A stretch of 64,000 nucleotides of DNA from Patescibacteria group bacterium (GTDB taxonomy: Bacteria; Patescibacteriota; Minisyncoccia; Phycocordibacterales; Phycocordibacteraceae), in NCBI GenBank assembly GCA_019752595.1, contig JAIELV010000001.1:726240-790239 (forward strand), given 5' to 3'. Positions within the stretch are counted from its first letter, which is position 1; each line of letters opens with the position of its first letter. This document shows, in pieces, positions 46,655 to 56,382 of this stretch. Both the position numbers and the translations under genes were made by a program. Under the pieces are notes generated by a model that searched no databases, had not been told where the DNA came from, and saw only the letters and a program-made list of their open reading frames with translations.

Positions 46655-47629
46655 TTAGTTGTATACAGTAAGGGTCTTTTCAAGCATTCGCGTAAGCGAA
46701 AATTCACTCATATCTTTTGCATCCAGTATTTCGCCAACGCCGCCTACGCGGTTTGCAACAATCGGAAGTCCTGCGGCTTTTGCCTCAAGAAGCACGTAGG
46801 GGAGGCCTTCTTTAATTGAGGGAAGCGCAAACACATCAAATCCTTTCAATACGTTGCTTGCCCAATTAAATCCGATTATCTTCACTCGGTCATCAAGATT
46901 GTATTCTTCTATTTTTTTTATTAAAAACCGTCGATCCTCGCCGTCACCAACAATAGCCACGTGCATATCAGGATTCTTCCTGGCTTCTTCTATAAGTGCA
47001 ATCTGGTTTTTGTTTTTATTCAGCTCGCCGATGGTGCCCGTAATGCGGACACTTTTTGGAAATGACTGACGAATGATTTCGCCTGAGCCAAAGGTCTGTT
47101 CGCCGATGCCGTTATAAATACGCACCGCTTTGTGTCCGACGAAAAGCATTTCTTTCGCGACTTTTAAATCGTAATCGGACACCGTGATCACTTTGTCAGA
47201 GAGGACAGCGGTAAGCCATGAAAATAAATATATAAGAGCTCGCGCGAGTGTGCTTCGATTTTCCCAGAACGGCCAGCCATGCGCAGTAAAGATAATTTTT
47301 GGAACGCCTGCGACACGTGCCGCGAGTGCCCCTATTCCTCCTGCTTTTGAAGAATTGAGGTGTACGATATCGGGCTTTTCTTTGCGGAAAAGAGTCAGTA
47401 GTTCAAAAAAGCTACTCACGTCGCTCGTAAGCGAAATGTCGCGGTGCATACTTTTTATTGAAAAAGTCTGCACCCCTTTCTCCTCCAGTTTCTGTGCCAA
47501 AAGACCCTCAGTTCCAAAGGCGACCCGCACCTCAAAACGGTCTTTGGGGAGGTTCGTCGCAAGGTCGTAGACGTATCTTTGGGCGCCGCCCCAGTTTGCC
47601 TTGGTGATGAGATAAAGGATTTTCTTCAT
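46655..47629 (-). CDS. glycosyltransferase family 4
   Basis: N-terminal GT-B pattern (KANWGGAQRYV) and C-terminal E..K..GLPIVA-type motif. Confidence 0.75.
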   Translation of the reverse strand: MKKILYLITKANWGGAQRYVYDLATNLPKDRFEVRVAFGTEGLLAQKLEEKGVQTFSIKSMHRDISLTSDVSSFFELLTLFRKEKPDIVHLNSSKAGGIGALAARVAGVPKIIFTAHGWPFWENRSTLARALIYLFSWLTAVLSDKVITVSDYDLKVAKEMLFVGHKAVRIYNGIGEQTFGSGEIIRQSFPKSVRITGTIGELNKNKNQIALIEEARKNPDMHVAIVGDGEDRRFLIKKIEEYNLDDRVKIIGFNWASNVLKGFDVFALPSIKEGLPYVLLEAKAAGLPIVANRVGGVGEILDAKDMSEFSLTRMLEKTLTVYN

Positions 47630-47722
47630 GTTCGTCTATGTAACCCGCTCGGTAGGGCAATGGTAGCAATAAATATGGCTTCTTTTCAGGGTGTCCTGCC
47701 TCGGGTACTATGGACACCACAG

Positions 47723-49057
47723 ATGAAGATTTCTCAAAGGCGCGAAGCGCCCCTCCTCTTTTTAGGTGATATTTTCTTCTTGAGCGCCGCTCTCTTTGTG
47801 AGCATGGTTGTTCGGTACTCTGAATTTCCGGGGGCGTATCTTTTATCGATCCACTTCGTCCCTTTCTCGTTCCTATTTCTCGCTTCAACCCTCGTGTTCT
47901 TTATCGCGGGCCTGTATGAGAAACACACACTGGTCATGAAAGAGAGCTTGCCTGCGACAATATTCTACGCGCAGGTAGCAAACGTCATTCTCGCAGCAGC
48001 GTTCTTCTTTTTTATTCCGTTTTTTGACATTCAACCGAAAGGATTCCTTTTCATTTATCTTCTATTGTCAGTGGGGCTGGTATCGTTTTGGCGCATGTAC
48101 CTTTTCCCACTTATCTCACTTCGTGCGGCTGAGCCGGCCCTCCTTGTAGGGAGCGGTCAGGAAGCTCTCGATATATATGAAGAAGTGAACGGAAATACAC
48201 GCTATTCCGTTCGTTTCGCGCGACTCTACGATGTTGGTATTGAGGCTCCGCTTTCGGCAGATGTGCTGAGAGAACTTCTCACTGCATCAAAGGCGACAAT
48301 GCTGGTCATACCGTTCTCAGTGTTCAAGGATGCTTCGTTTGCTGCCGTACGCGTTGAAGCTATGAAGAACGGTGTGCGGTTTATCGACCAAGCAGATATA
48401 TATGAAGAACTTTTTGACCGCGTCTCATTCTCTTCGGTTGATGAGCACGTGCTCAAGGTGAAAGAGTCGTTCTTCTATTCGTCCGTAAAAAGGATTATTG
48501 ATATCGTGCTTTCTTCGTTTGCGCTCGTTACTCTCTCGCCATTGTTGGGCGCGGTGGCACTTATGTTAAAAACAGGCGAGGGGAGGAATGCATTTATTTT
48601 TCAGGAACGTGTCGGTAAAAACAACAAGCTGATTAAAATCATTAAATTCCGCACCATGTTGTTTGACGATGCGGGAGATCCTGAGCGTCAGAAGCAGAAC
48701 CGTGTCACAAAGCTGGGGGCGTTTTTGCGCAAAACACAGATAGATGAAATGCCACAGTTTTGGAATGTACTCGTCGGGGAACTATCACTCATCGGTCCGC
48801 GACCTGAAATACCCGCGCTCGTTGCCGAGTACGAAAAACAAATCCCGTATTATGCTGCGCGCCACATGCTCCAGCCAGGAATTTCTGGGTGGGCACAGAT
48901 TAAGCATGCGTCACCGCCGAAATGGAAGTTGGATGTCGAGGCGACCAGAAATAAACTTTCCTATGACCTCTACTACCTGAAGAAGCGCTCCGTTATTCTT
49001 GACTCAATTATCATTCTCCGCACCGTTCAGATTCTTCTGTCGCGCGCAGGTAAATAA
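47723..49057 (+). CDS. polyprenyl-phosphate sugar phosphotransferase (WbaP/bacterial sugar transferase family)
   Basis: TM N-domain; C-terminal catalytic domain IKIIKFRTM...DEMPQFWNVLVGELSLIGPRPE. ORF-track start 47579 overlaps the convergent GT4 gene. Confidence 0.8.
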   Translation: MKISQRREAPLLFLGDIFFLSAALFVSMVVRYSEFPGAYLLSIHFVPFSFLFLASTLVFFIAGLYEKHTLVMKESLPATIFYAQVANVILAAAFFFFIPFFDIQPKGFLFIYLLLSVGLVSFWRMYLFPLISLRAAEPALLVGSGQEALDIYEEVNGNTRYSVRFARLYDVGIEAPLSADVLRELLTASKATMLVIPFSVFKDASFAAVRVEAMKNGVRFIDQADIYEELFDRVSFSSVDEHVLKVKESFFYSSVKRIIDIVLSSFALVTLSPLLGAVALMLKTGEGRNAFIFQERVGKNNKLIKIIKFRTMLFDDAGDPERQKQNRVTKLGAFLRKTQIDEMPQFWNVLVGELSLIGPRPEIPALVAEYEKQIPYYAARHMLQPGISGWAQIKHASPPKWKLDVEATRNKLSYDLYYLKKRSVILDSIIILRTVQILLSRAGK

Positions 49058-49073
49058 AGGTACACTCATATAT

Positions 49074-49988
49074 ATGAATACTCAGAAAAAAAAGGCGGTG
49101 GTGACGGGCGGAGCAGGGTTCGTTGGTTCGCACGTTACCGATGCGTTGATTGCCCAAGGTTTCGAAGTTGCTGTCATCGATAACCTTTCAGGAGGTAAGG
49201 CGGAAAACGTAAACCCGAAAGCGGTTTTGCATGAGCTTGATGTCCGAGATTACGAAAAAATTCTTCCTATTATGGAAGGAGCACAGTATGTATTTCATCT
49301 CGCTGCACTTCCTCGTGTGCAGTATTCAATTGATTACCCCGAAGAAACAAATTCCGTAAATGTCGGAGGCACGCTTTCTGTGTTGCGTGCGGCGCATGCG
49401 GCAAAAGTTTCTCGCGTGGTGTATGCCGCTTCAAGTTCTGCATACGGCAATCAAGAGAAACTTCCACTCTCAGAAGACATGCTTGCAGACCCGTTATCGC
49501 CGTACGGCCTTCAGAAATATGTCGGCGAATTGTACGCAAAAGTGTTTGCGACCGTGTACGGCCTGCAGACCGTTTCAGTGCGCTTCTTCAACGTGTACGG
49601 ACCAAGGCTTGATCCTGATGGAGCGTATGCCCTGGTCATCGGTAAGTTCCTCAAACAGAGAAAGGAAGGGAAATTGATGACGATAACTGGGGATGGGGAA
49701 CAGACTCGCGATTTCACACACATAACTGACATCGTGAACGGCATGATTGCCGCTGCCACCTCTCCCAAAGTCGGGAAAGGGGAGGTCATCAATCTCGGGC
49801 GTGGGAAGCAGGTATCCGTGAATGAGCTTGCGAAACTGATTGGAGGGCCTGTGGAGTACATACCGCCCCGTATAGAGCCGAAACGTACGGAAGCTGATAT
49901 TCGCAAAGCAAAAGAACTTTTGGGCTGGGAGCCTAAAATAGGCCTTGAAGAGGGGGTGGCAGAGCTTAAGAAGATTTTCGGAGTGTAA
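49074..49988 (+). CDS. NAD-dependent epimerase/dehydratase (UDP-sugar 4-epimerase-like)
   Basis: Rossmann GGAGFVGSH, YxxxK (YGLQKYVGE). Confidence 0.8.
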   Translation: MNTQKKKAVVTGGAGFVGSHVTDALIAQGFEVAVIDNLSGGKAENVNPKAVLHELDVRDYEKILPIMEGAQYVFHLAALPRVQYSIDYPEETNSVNVGGTLSVLRAAHAAKVSRVVYAASSSAYGNQEKLPLSEDMLADPLSPYGLQKYVGELYAKVFATVYGLQTVSVRFFNVYGPRLDPDGAYALVIGKFLKQRKEGKLMTITGDGEQTRDFTHITDIVNGMIAAATSPKVGKGEVINLGRGKQVSVNELAKLIGGPVEYIPPRIEPKRTEADIRKAKELLGWEPKIGLEEGVAELKKIFGV

Positions 49989-50028
49989 TACGGTATACTT
50001 TCGGTGTCCGAAAGGGCTTTTTCTTTTT

Positions 50029-50865
50029 ATGGGAATTACTATTGACGGCAAAGCACTCGCAGAAAAAAGGCGCTTGGAAGTTTGGGCGGAGCGCAAGAAC
50101 CTTGCAGACCTTTCCCTCGGAGTCATTATTGCAACGACTGACAAAGTCACTTCCTCCTACGTCGGGATTAAGAAAAAAGCCGCCGCTTCTCTTGATATTT
50201 CAGTTACCGAATACCGCCTTCCTGAAACCTGCACCGAAGATGAAATCATTGCCGCGGTACACAAAGCACGCATTCATAACGGCATAATTCTTCAGCTCCC
50301 GATTCCAAAAGGGCTTGATGTCGAGCGTGTGAAAAACGCAATCCCGCATATGCTGGATGTCGACGTGATGAGTGATGCATCATTTGCGGAATTAAAACGA
50401 TGCGATTTTCTTGCAACGCCACCTGTGCCTGCTGCGATGCGCTATGTTTTGAAAGAATACAACGTTGATTTGAAAGGGAAGTACGTGGTGATTGTCGGTA
50501 AGGGAAGATTGGTAGGGAAACCCGCTGAAGTAATGTTTCAGTGTTTGGGTGCAAAAACAAAAGTCCTTCAGAAAGGAGATGATGTGGGCGCGAACACCAA
50601 AGATGCGGACATCATCGTTCTTGGAACAGGCGTATCGCACCTTATAAAGCCCGATATGATTAAAGAGGGAGCAATTATTATGGATGCAGGCGCGTCCGAG
50701 CTCGGAGGAAAATTGGTAGGCGATGCGGATCCAGCATGCGCAGAAAAATGTTCTATATTCACGAGCGTGCCAGGAGGCTTGGGCCCCATTGTTGTTGTCG
50801 AAATTTTTGCAAACCTTGTGGCGCTTGCTAGACAATACGAACCATCGTACGCTTCAGAAGTATGA
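50029..50865 (+). CDS. folD: bifunctional methylenetetrahydrofolate dehydrogenase/cyclohydrolase FolD
   Basis: IDGKALAEK..., ATPPVPAAM, VIVGKGRLVGKP, TSVPGGLGP. Confidence 0.85.
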   Translation: MGITIDGKALAEKRRLEVWAERKNLADLSLGVIIATTDKVTSSYVGIKKKAAASLDISVTEYRLPETCTEDEIIAAVHKARIHNGIILQLPIPKGLDVERVKNAIPHMLDVDVMSDASFAELKRCDFLATPPVPAAMRYVLKEYNVDLKGKYVVIVGKGRLVGKPAEVMFQCLGAKTKVLQKGDDVGANTKDADIIVLGTGVSHLIKPDMIKEGAIIMDAGASELGGKLVGDADPACAEKCSIFTSVPGGLGPIVVVEIFANLVALARQYEPSYASEV

Positions 50866-51110
50866 GCGAAAAGCCGCACGCCACTCGTCCCCTCTACACG
50901 TTCAAACTTCAAGGAAAGGATGCCATTTCGTTTCCAGGGGAAGTTCCTCTGAAGAAACGAACCGTTCGTGTTGCCGATGGACCTCGGGAGGGATACCAGT
51001 TTATTCTGACTGTTGACGACGCTGGGCAGTATGAGTCATTTCAAGTGCAGAGAGGAGAAGTGCATAAAGCAGGCAAGGGAACAGGTATAACACAAGTAAC
51101 GCTGTATTAA
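50862..51110 (+). CDS. hypothetical protein, 82 aa
   Basis: ORF track; overlaps folD stop. Confidence 0.3.
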   Translation: MSEKPHATRPLYTFKLQGKDAISFPGEVPLKKRTVRVADGPREGYQFILTVDDAGQYESFQVQRGEVHKAGKGTGITQVTLY

Positions 51111-51174
51111 ACTCTCATGATCTGACGACGCTTTTCATTCTGGCCTTTTATGAAAAACGTCTAATTACGTCTCT

Positions 51175-51837
51175 ATGATTCAACTTTCAGAAAAAGCATT
51201 TAAGAAACTCGTTATCGCGCTTGCGGTATACCTCGTGTCTTTGTTTGCAGCCAACACTCTTGGAGCAAAACTGATGCCATTTATCTTCGGTACCCAGCTT
51301 TCAGTTGGAATCTTTATGTTTCCGTTCGTGTTCTTGATGACCGATGTTGTGGGCGAGGTATATGGAAAGAAAGTAGCTAAATATTTCGTCTTGGCGGGTA
51401 TAGTTTCAACGGTACTTTTTATTGCGTACACATTCCTCTCGCTTGCAATGCCGTGGGGTCACCGCCTTCCAGTGCCGATGGAAAGTTATAACGATGTGTT
51501 CGGTTTGTCGGTCCGTTTCGCTATCGCTTCAGTAGTCGCATTCGTCGTTGCGCAATACCAAGACGTGCTCGCGTTCTTTTTCTTCAAGGCAAAGTTGGGT
51601 GAAAAATTGTTTTGGCTTCGCTCGACACTCTCAAACATCTGGTCGCAGGGGCTTGATACCGCTCTCTTCATGGCAATTGCGTATGTCGGAGTGCTACCGC
51701 TCTCTACGATTATCGGTATCGCAATACCATGGTGGCTCTATAAAGTGGCAATGGGCTTTTTGTACACCCCGCTTTCGTATGTAGGCATCAAGCTCTTGAA
51801 AGAGAAAGAACCAGCACCAGTCCCGCCTCAAAAATAA
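51175..51837 (+). CDS. yhhQ: queuosine precursor transporter YhhQ/DUF165 family
   Basis: 6-TM protein with FPFVFLMTDVVGEVYGKK signature of the VUT/YhhQ family. Confidence 0.6.
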   Translation: MIQLSEKAFKKLVIALAVYLVSLFAANTLGAKLMPFIFGTQLSVGIFMFPFVFLMTDVVGEVYGKKVAKYFVLAGIVSTVLFIAYTFLSLAMPWGHRLPVPMESYNDVFGLSVRFAIASVVAFVVAQYQDVLAFFFFKAKLGEKLFWLRSTLSNIWSQGLDTALFMAIAYVGVLPLSTIIGIAIPWWLYKVAMGFLYTPLSYVGIKLLKEKEPAPVPPQK

Positions 51838-51855
51838 AAAGCATTACGTGTTGGT

Positions 51856-51879
51856 AGTGATATGATATATCATATCACT
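51856..51879. repeat. 24-bp perfect palindrome AGTGATATGATATATCATATCACT, copy 3 (outer base variant), overlapping the predicted start of the CofE-like gene
   Basis: 22/24 identical to copies 1 and 2. Confidence 0.85.
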
Positions 51880-52578
51880 TATACTGTTCATGGGACTTCT
51901 ATGAATATTTTTTCGGTTAAGACAAAAATCTTTAAAGAGGGAGAAGGCCTTCCAGATTTTGTTCTTACACATATACCGAAACTGAAAGAGGGAAGTGTTG
52001 TTGTTATTTCCTCTAAAATTGTCTCCTTGTCTGAAGGGCGAACCGCAAATCCGAAAGATCGGGAACGCCTGATTAAAAAAGAAAGCGCGTGGGCAAAAAA
52101 AACGCAAAAAGTGTGGCTTACAGAGAAAGACGGAATACTGATGGCAAATGCTGGTATTGATGAGTCAAACGGGAACGGAAAAATAATTCTTTTACCGCGT
52201 GACAGTTACAAAAGCGCCATCCGTTTGCGAGCGGTGCTCAAAAAGAAATTCAAGCTGAAAAAACTTGGCGTCATTATTGCTGATTCAGTGCCAATGTCAC
52301 GCCGAAAAGGGGTCGTGGGGGTTGCGCTTGGGTATGCGGGGTTTAAGGGGGTGAAAGACTACAAAGGCAAGAAAGATTTGTTCGGACGCACATTCAAATT
52401 CGCCTCTACAAACGTTGCGGATTCTCTCGCGACTGCCGCAATGCTTACGATGGGTGAGGGGAGTGAGCGCCAGCCGCTCGCGGTAATCGAAAACGCTCCA
52501 GTGGTCTTTACGGGTACGGTTCGGAAAGGGGATATCCAAGTTTCTTCGAAGGAAGATATGTTCCGCATGCTCGGCTAA
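51862..52578 (+). CDS. CofE-like protein, paralog 2 (true start may be Met at 51901)
   Basis: MANAGIDESNG, IIADSVPMSRRKGVVGVALGYAGF, LATAAMLTMGEGSERQPLAVI. Confidence 0.6.
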   Translation: MIYHITYTVHGTSMNIFSVKTKIFKEGEGLPDFVLTHIPKLKEGSVVVISSKIVSLSEGRTANPKDRERLIKKESAWAKKTQKVWLTEKDGILMANAGIDESNGNGKIILLPRDSYKSAIRLRAVLKKKFKLKKLGVIIADSVPMSRRKGVVGVALGYAGFKGVKDYKGKKDLFGRTFKFASTNVADSLATAAMLTMGEGSERQPLAVIENAPVVFTGTVRKGDIQVSSKEDMFRMLG

Positions 52579-52856
52579 GTATTGACAAGCCCACTTCTCA
52601 CTGCATTGTTGTTTTATGTCAGTAGATCGTCGCACCTCTAGATACGTTGGTCGCCTCGTGAGTGGTAGCCGCGTAAACGTCGCTGCGTTTTTTGACAGCC
52701 CTGAGTGTCAGTTTTGGGTACGACAGTCGCTTCTCGGTTCGGCTTCCTCTCGGACTGAGAGTAAGGGTTCTGGTAAACCCGTAAAGGGCGGGGGGTGGAG
52801 AGTCCACTCGTTCGGGTGACTAAGTTTCCTATTTGCATATAGCCTCGTTGCGATAA

Positions 52857-54173
52857 GTGCCCCAAAAGGGCATACTGTTCCAAATGACGATGGTACGTAT
52901 TTGGGCGGTTATTCTCCTTTTGGCAGGAGCAGGAATAGGGTGGGTTGCCACAGGTGTGTATGGCGCTCCAAATATACCTTTCAAATTTGGTCTCGATTTA
53001 GCGGGTGGTACACACCTTCTCTATAAAGCTGATGTATCAAAAGTGCAGGGTGATCCACAGGACGCCATGGATTCATTGCGAGAAGTGGTGGAGCGTCGGG
53101 TGAACATCTTCGGTGTCTCAGAGCCATTGGTTCAGACTGAGAAAGGAGGAGTGAGTGGTAATGAACACCGACTGGTGGTCGAACTTCCAGGAGTTTCAAA
53201 TCTTTCAGATGCAGTGCGCGCGATCGGCTCAACTCCAGTTCTTGAATTTAAATTACAGCAATCATTCGGCACTTCCTCAGTCACGTATATCGAAACAGGT
53301 CTTACGGGCGCACTTCTTTCTCGCGCAACGCTTGAGTTTGCAAGTACGGCATCAGGAGGTGTTTCAAATGAGCCTGTTATCGTCATTAACTTCAATACCG
53401 AAGGTGCGGAACTTTTCAAAAAAATAACAACGGAAAATATTGGGCAACCCCTCGCCATTTTCCTCGACGGCGCGCCGATTTCAACTCCTGTTATTCAAGA
53501 GGCAATCCCGAACGGCACAGCGACAATCACAGGTCGATTCACTCCTGAGGAAGCAAAGCAGTTGGTGCGCGATTTGAACTTTGGCGCGTTGCCTGTGCCC
53601 GTTGAGCTCGTTTCCTCACAATCTATTGGTCCATCGTTGGGGCAAACAGCGCTCGAACAAAGCGTTATGGCAGGTATGTGGGGTTTTGTGCTAGTCGCGG
53701 TGTTTTTGGTTCTTTGGTATCGCTTACCAGGGTTGATTGCTGTCGTCGCGCTCCTCATGTATGTCGTGATTTCGCTTTTAATTTTCAAATTAATTCCAGT
53801 CACCTTGACGGTTGCGGGATTGGCAGCGTTCATTCTTTCAATCGGTATGGCGGTTGACGCAAACATTCTTATTTTCGAGCGCACGAAAGAAGAGCTTGAG
53901 AAAGGAAAAGATTTACCCGAAGCAATTAAAGAGGGGTTCCACCGTGCGTGGTCCTCAATCCGCGATTCAAACCTCTCATCTATCATCACAGGCGTCATTC
54001 TATTCTGGTTTGGTGGCACGGCAGTGATTAAAGGTTTCGCGCTCGTGTTCGTTATCGGTGTTTTGATTTCTATGTTCACTGCAACAACCGTCACGCGCAC
54101 GTTCCTTCTCGCGCTTGGCCTTGCGCACTCGAAAGCAGCCCACTTCTTATTCGGTCACGGTCTTAGTAAATAA
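52857..54173 (+). CDS. secD: protein translocase subunit SecD (likely start at Met 52887)
   Basis: N-terminal TM, periplasmic domain, C-terminal 6-TM block (FGLDLAGGTHLLY...). Confidence 0.85.
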   Translation: MPQKGILFQMTMVRIWAVILLLAGAGIGWVATGVYGAPNIPFKFGLDLAGGTHLLYKADVSKVQGDPQDAMDSLREVVERRVNIFGVSEPLVQTEKGGVSGNEHRLVVELPGVSNLSDAVRAIGSTPVLEFKLQQSFGTSSVTYIETGLTGALLSRATLEFASTASGGVSNEPVIVINFNTEGAELFKKITTENIGQPLAIFLDGAPISTPVIQEAIPNGTATITGRFTPEEAKQLVRDLNFGALPVPVELVSSQSIGPSLGQTALEQSVMAGMWGFVLVAVFLVLWYRLPGLIAVVALLMYVVISLLIFKLIPVTLTVAGLAAFILSIGMAVDANILIFERTKEELEKGKDLPEAIKEGFHRAWSSIRDSNLSSIITGVILFWFGGTAVIKGFALVFVIGVLISMFTATTVTRTFLLALGLAHSKAAHFLFGHGLSK

Positions 54174-54289
54174 AGGAGTATGACGACTATTATTTACTTA
54201 GATCCCGCCCTCTGTGCTCCGAAAGCCAAGATGCTTAGAGGGCGGGATATAGCGTTTTCTAATTCTCTTCGTTCATAAGAAAACCCAAC

Positions 54290-55213
54290 ATGTGGATTGT
54301 AAAAAACAGAAAGATTTTCTACGGCATATCAATCGCGGTTTCGGTTCTTTCCATCGCGGCGCTCCTCGTGTGGGGATTGAAGTTTGGCATCGATTTCAAA
54401 GGGGGCTCACTACTTGAAATTGCGTACACCGAAGGTGCGCCAAGCACCGCGGACATCACTGCAACACTTGAAACAGTAGGCATCGAGGGCTCATCGATTC
54501 GCTCCACAGAAGGGAACGGCTTCCTTATCCGCACCCCGTTTCTAGATTCAGCTGGCTATGATTCGGCAAAGCGTGGCCTTGCTACCCTCGGTCAGTTTGA
54601 AGAAAAACGCTTTGACTCTGTTGGCCCCGTTATCGGAGAAGAGCTTCAGACGAAATCCCTCTGGGCAATCATCGGAGTGCTTATTGCAATCGCCCTTTTC
54701 GTCATGTTTGCGTTTCGGCATGTGTCGAAGCCTGTGGCAAGCTGGAAGTACGGCTTAGTCACACTTCTCGCACTCGCGCACGACGTGATTGTTCCCTTGG
54801 GCGCTTTTGCCCTCATGGGTCATTTCTTTGGTGCTGAAGTCGATACGCTATTCGTCACCGCTATTTTAGTTATCTTAGGTTTCTCCGTCCACGACTCTAT
54901 TGTGGTGTTTGACCGAGTTCGCGAAAATCTAAAGATTAATCAGGACAAAAATCTGAAAGAACCGTTTGAAGAAGTGGTGGGGCGTTCGGTAAACCAAACA
55001 CTTTCGCGTTCAATAAATACTTCGTTGACAACTATACTTGCGCTTTTGGCGCTCTACTTCTTTGGGCCTGAAGTTTCCCAGAACTTCGTCCTTGCGCTCA
55101 TAATCGGTATCGCAACGGGAACGTATTCATCTATATTCTTTGGTTCGCCGATGTTAGTGACCTTAGAGAAAATGCAGAAACCGGAGGTAATCGACCACAA
55201 AAAGAAGAAATAG
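54290..55213 (+). CDS. secF: protein translocase subunit SecF
   Basis: LKFGIDFKGGS..., 6-TM, follows secD. Confidence 0.85.
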   Translation: MWIVKNRKIFYGISIAVSVLSIAALLVWGLKFGIDFKGGSLLEIAYTEGAPSTADITATLETVGIEGSSIRSTEGNGFLIRTPFLDSAGYDSAKRGLATLGQFEEKRFDSVGPVIGEELQTKSLWAIIGVLIAIALFVMFAFRHVSKPVASWKYGLVTLLALAHDVIVPLGAFALMGHFFGAEVDTLFVTAILVILGFSVHDSIVVFDRVRENLKINQDKNLKEPFEEVVGRSVNQTLSRSINTSLTTILALLALYFFGPEVSQNFVLALIIGIATGTYSSIFFGSPMLVTLEKMQKPEVIDHKKKK

Positions 55214-55780
55214 AATAAATTCCAAATAGTGGTATTCTGGAGAGGTTAGCAACCTTTAAATAAAAACTGTATGGTGGGAGATAAAAGAGACTTCGGTCCT
55301 GCTAGTGCACCTCAAAGACCTAGGCTCACCGAAAAGGGGGATCCTGTGGCAGACGAGGCTGCGTTAAGGCAGGCTATTGCAGAGGGTAGAATTGCAGGTA
55401 AAGGTTTACATAAGCTATTGTCGAAAGATGGGGGTAATGTTGTGGAGGATACAGGTGTTTCAACCGCGCAACCTCCGCGTCGTCCTCGCCTCAAGTTTGA
55501 TGACAGAGCTTAAGTGGTTTCAAAATAAAAATGATTCGCGAGCTCGAGCTTCACGTGAATCGCCGACAACTTCCAGTTAGGTATCGCGCCGACGATGAAC
55601 GGCATTTGGTGGAAACTCAAAATGGATTTGTTGCCGAGGTGCGTTTCAGAAAGCTTGACGACGGCAGAATTCGAAGAGAAATACTGCGACGTTTGCTAGT
55701 AGTAAAAACTCCGCTTCCGCGCTCTAGATCGCTAGTTTTGGTGCATGTGAGCGACGCAGAGAGAGGGCGCTGAAGAATAT

Positions 55781-55809
55781 TTGACATATAAGCAATAAAA
55801 GTGTATAAT
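55781..55809 (+). promoter_or_regulatory. perfect consensus sigma70 promoter TTGACA-17-TATAAT
   Basis: read directly; ATG 55816 is 6 nt downstream. Confidence 0.6.
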
Positions 55810-55815
55810 ATATAC

Positions 55816-56058
55816 ATGGTAGAAGGAGAGATAAAATTGCTTCCTTTACGGGCTGGCGATGCTCGAATGGAACCGCAGCATTGTAAGGAAAACCTCGGCT
55901 CAAGCGGATGTGTGAAGAAAATTAAAAACGGTCGGTGTCCTACAAATTGTGCGGTCACCAGCGAGTGTGGTGGGTGGCGACCTCGAGACAACGCTTTGCC
56001 GACGTGGGGTGTTTTCAAAGGGAAACTGAATCCTCCTGACAAATCTCGGTCTACGTAA
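55816..56058 (+). CDS. small Cys-rich protein (~80 aa; CX8CX9CX3CX6C)
   Basis: consensus promoter directly upstream; alternative TTG start at 55837 preceded by AAGGAG. Confidence 0.4.
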   Translation: MVEGEIKLLPLRAGDARMEPQHCKENLGSSGCVKKIKNGRCPTNCAVTSECGGWRPRDNALPTWGVFKGKLNPPDKSRST

Positions 56059-56105
56059 TTCGTGTTCCTTCGGATTCTTTGTTGTTTATTGCTGAAAGAA
56101 CGTCT

Positions 56106-56381
56106 TTAGCGTTTCGGTCTTTTGTATAAATCAGGAATTCGTTCACCGTCTTCTGTCACAACGCGAATACCACGGTCTGCCGCCCGAAGTCTTTTTACAA
56201 TCCCCGCCACAGCTTCACGAGAAACTGTAGGCAGACTTTTCATCATTTCGTCACCACGCACCCGAGCCTCTCGTCCTTTTTCGCTCAGTATTATTCCTCG
56301 ACCGAGGCAGAGTTCGCACCCGTTCCCGAAGCAGGTAGGACAATCGGCAAAAAGTTCTCCGATGTCATCTTCAAAATCCAT
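56106..56381 (-). CDS. hypothetical zinc-ribbon protein, 91 aa, downstream of pyrH
   Basis: CPTCFGNGCELCLG. Confidence 0.35.
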   Translation of the reverse strand: MDFEDDIGELFADCPTCFGNGCELCLGRGIILSEKGREARVRGDEMMKSLPTVSREAVAGIVKRLRAADRGIRVVTEDGERIPDLYKRPKR

Positions 56382-56382
56382 A

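Noticed and set aside
52580-52700. tRNA-like D-loop (AGTGGTAG) near 52650
   Set aside because: Could not assemble a cloverleaf (no acceptor/T-arm pairing, no GTTC-type T-loop).
52700-52860. Possible RNase P RNA 5' region (GACAGTCGC ... GGAGAGTCC resembling P2 and P4)
   Set aside because: No complementary P4 3' strand, no P10-P12 GGGUAA-type elements, and only ~300 nt are available before secD. The resemblance is too superficial.
55271-55773. Two 80-aa ORFs between secF and the Cys-rich gene as a toxin-antitoxin pair
   Set aside because: No recognisable TA family motifs and no start signals. Amino-acid composition looks random and Arg-rich.
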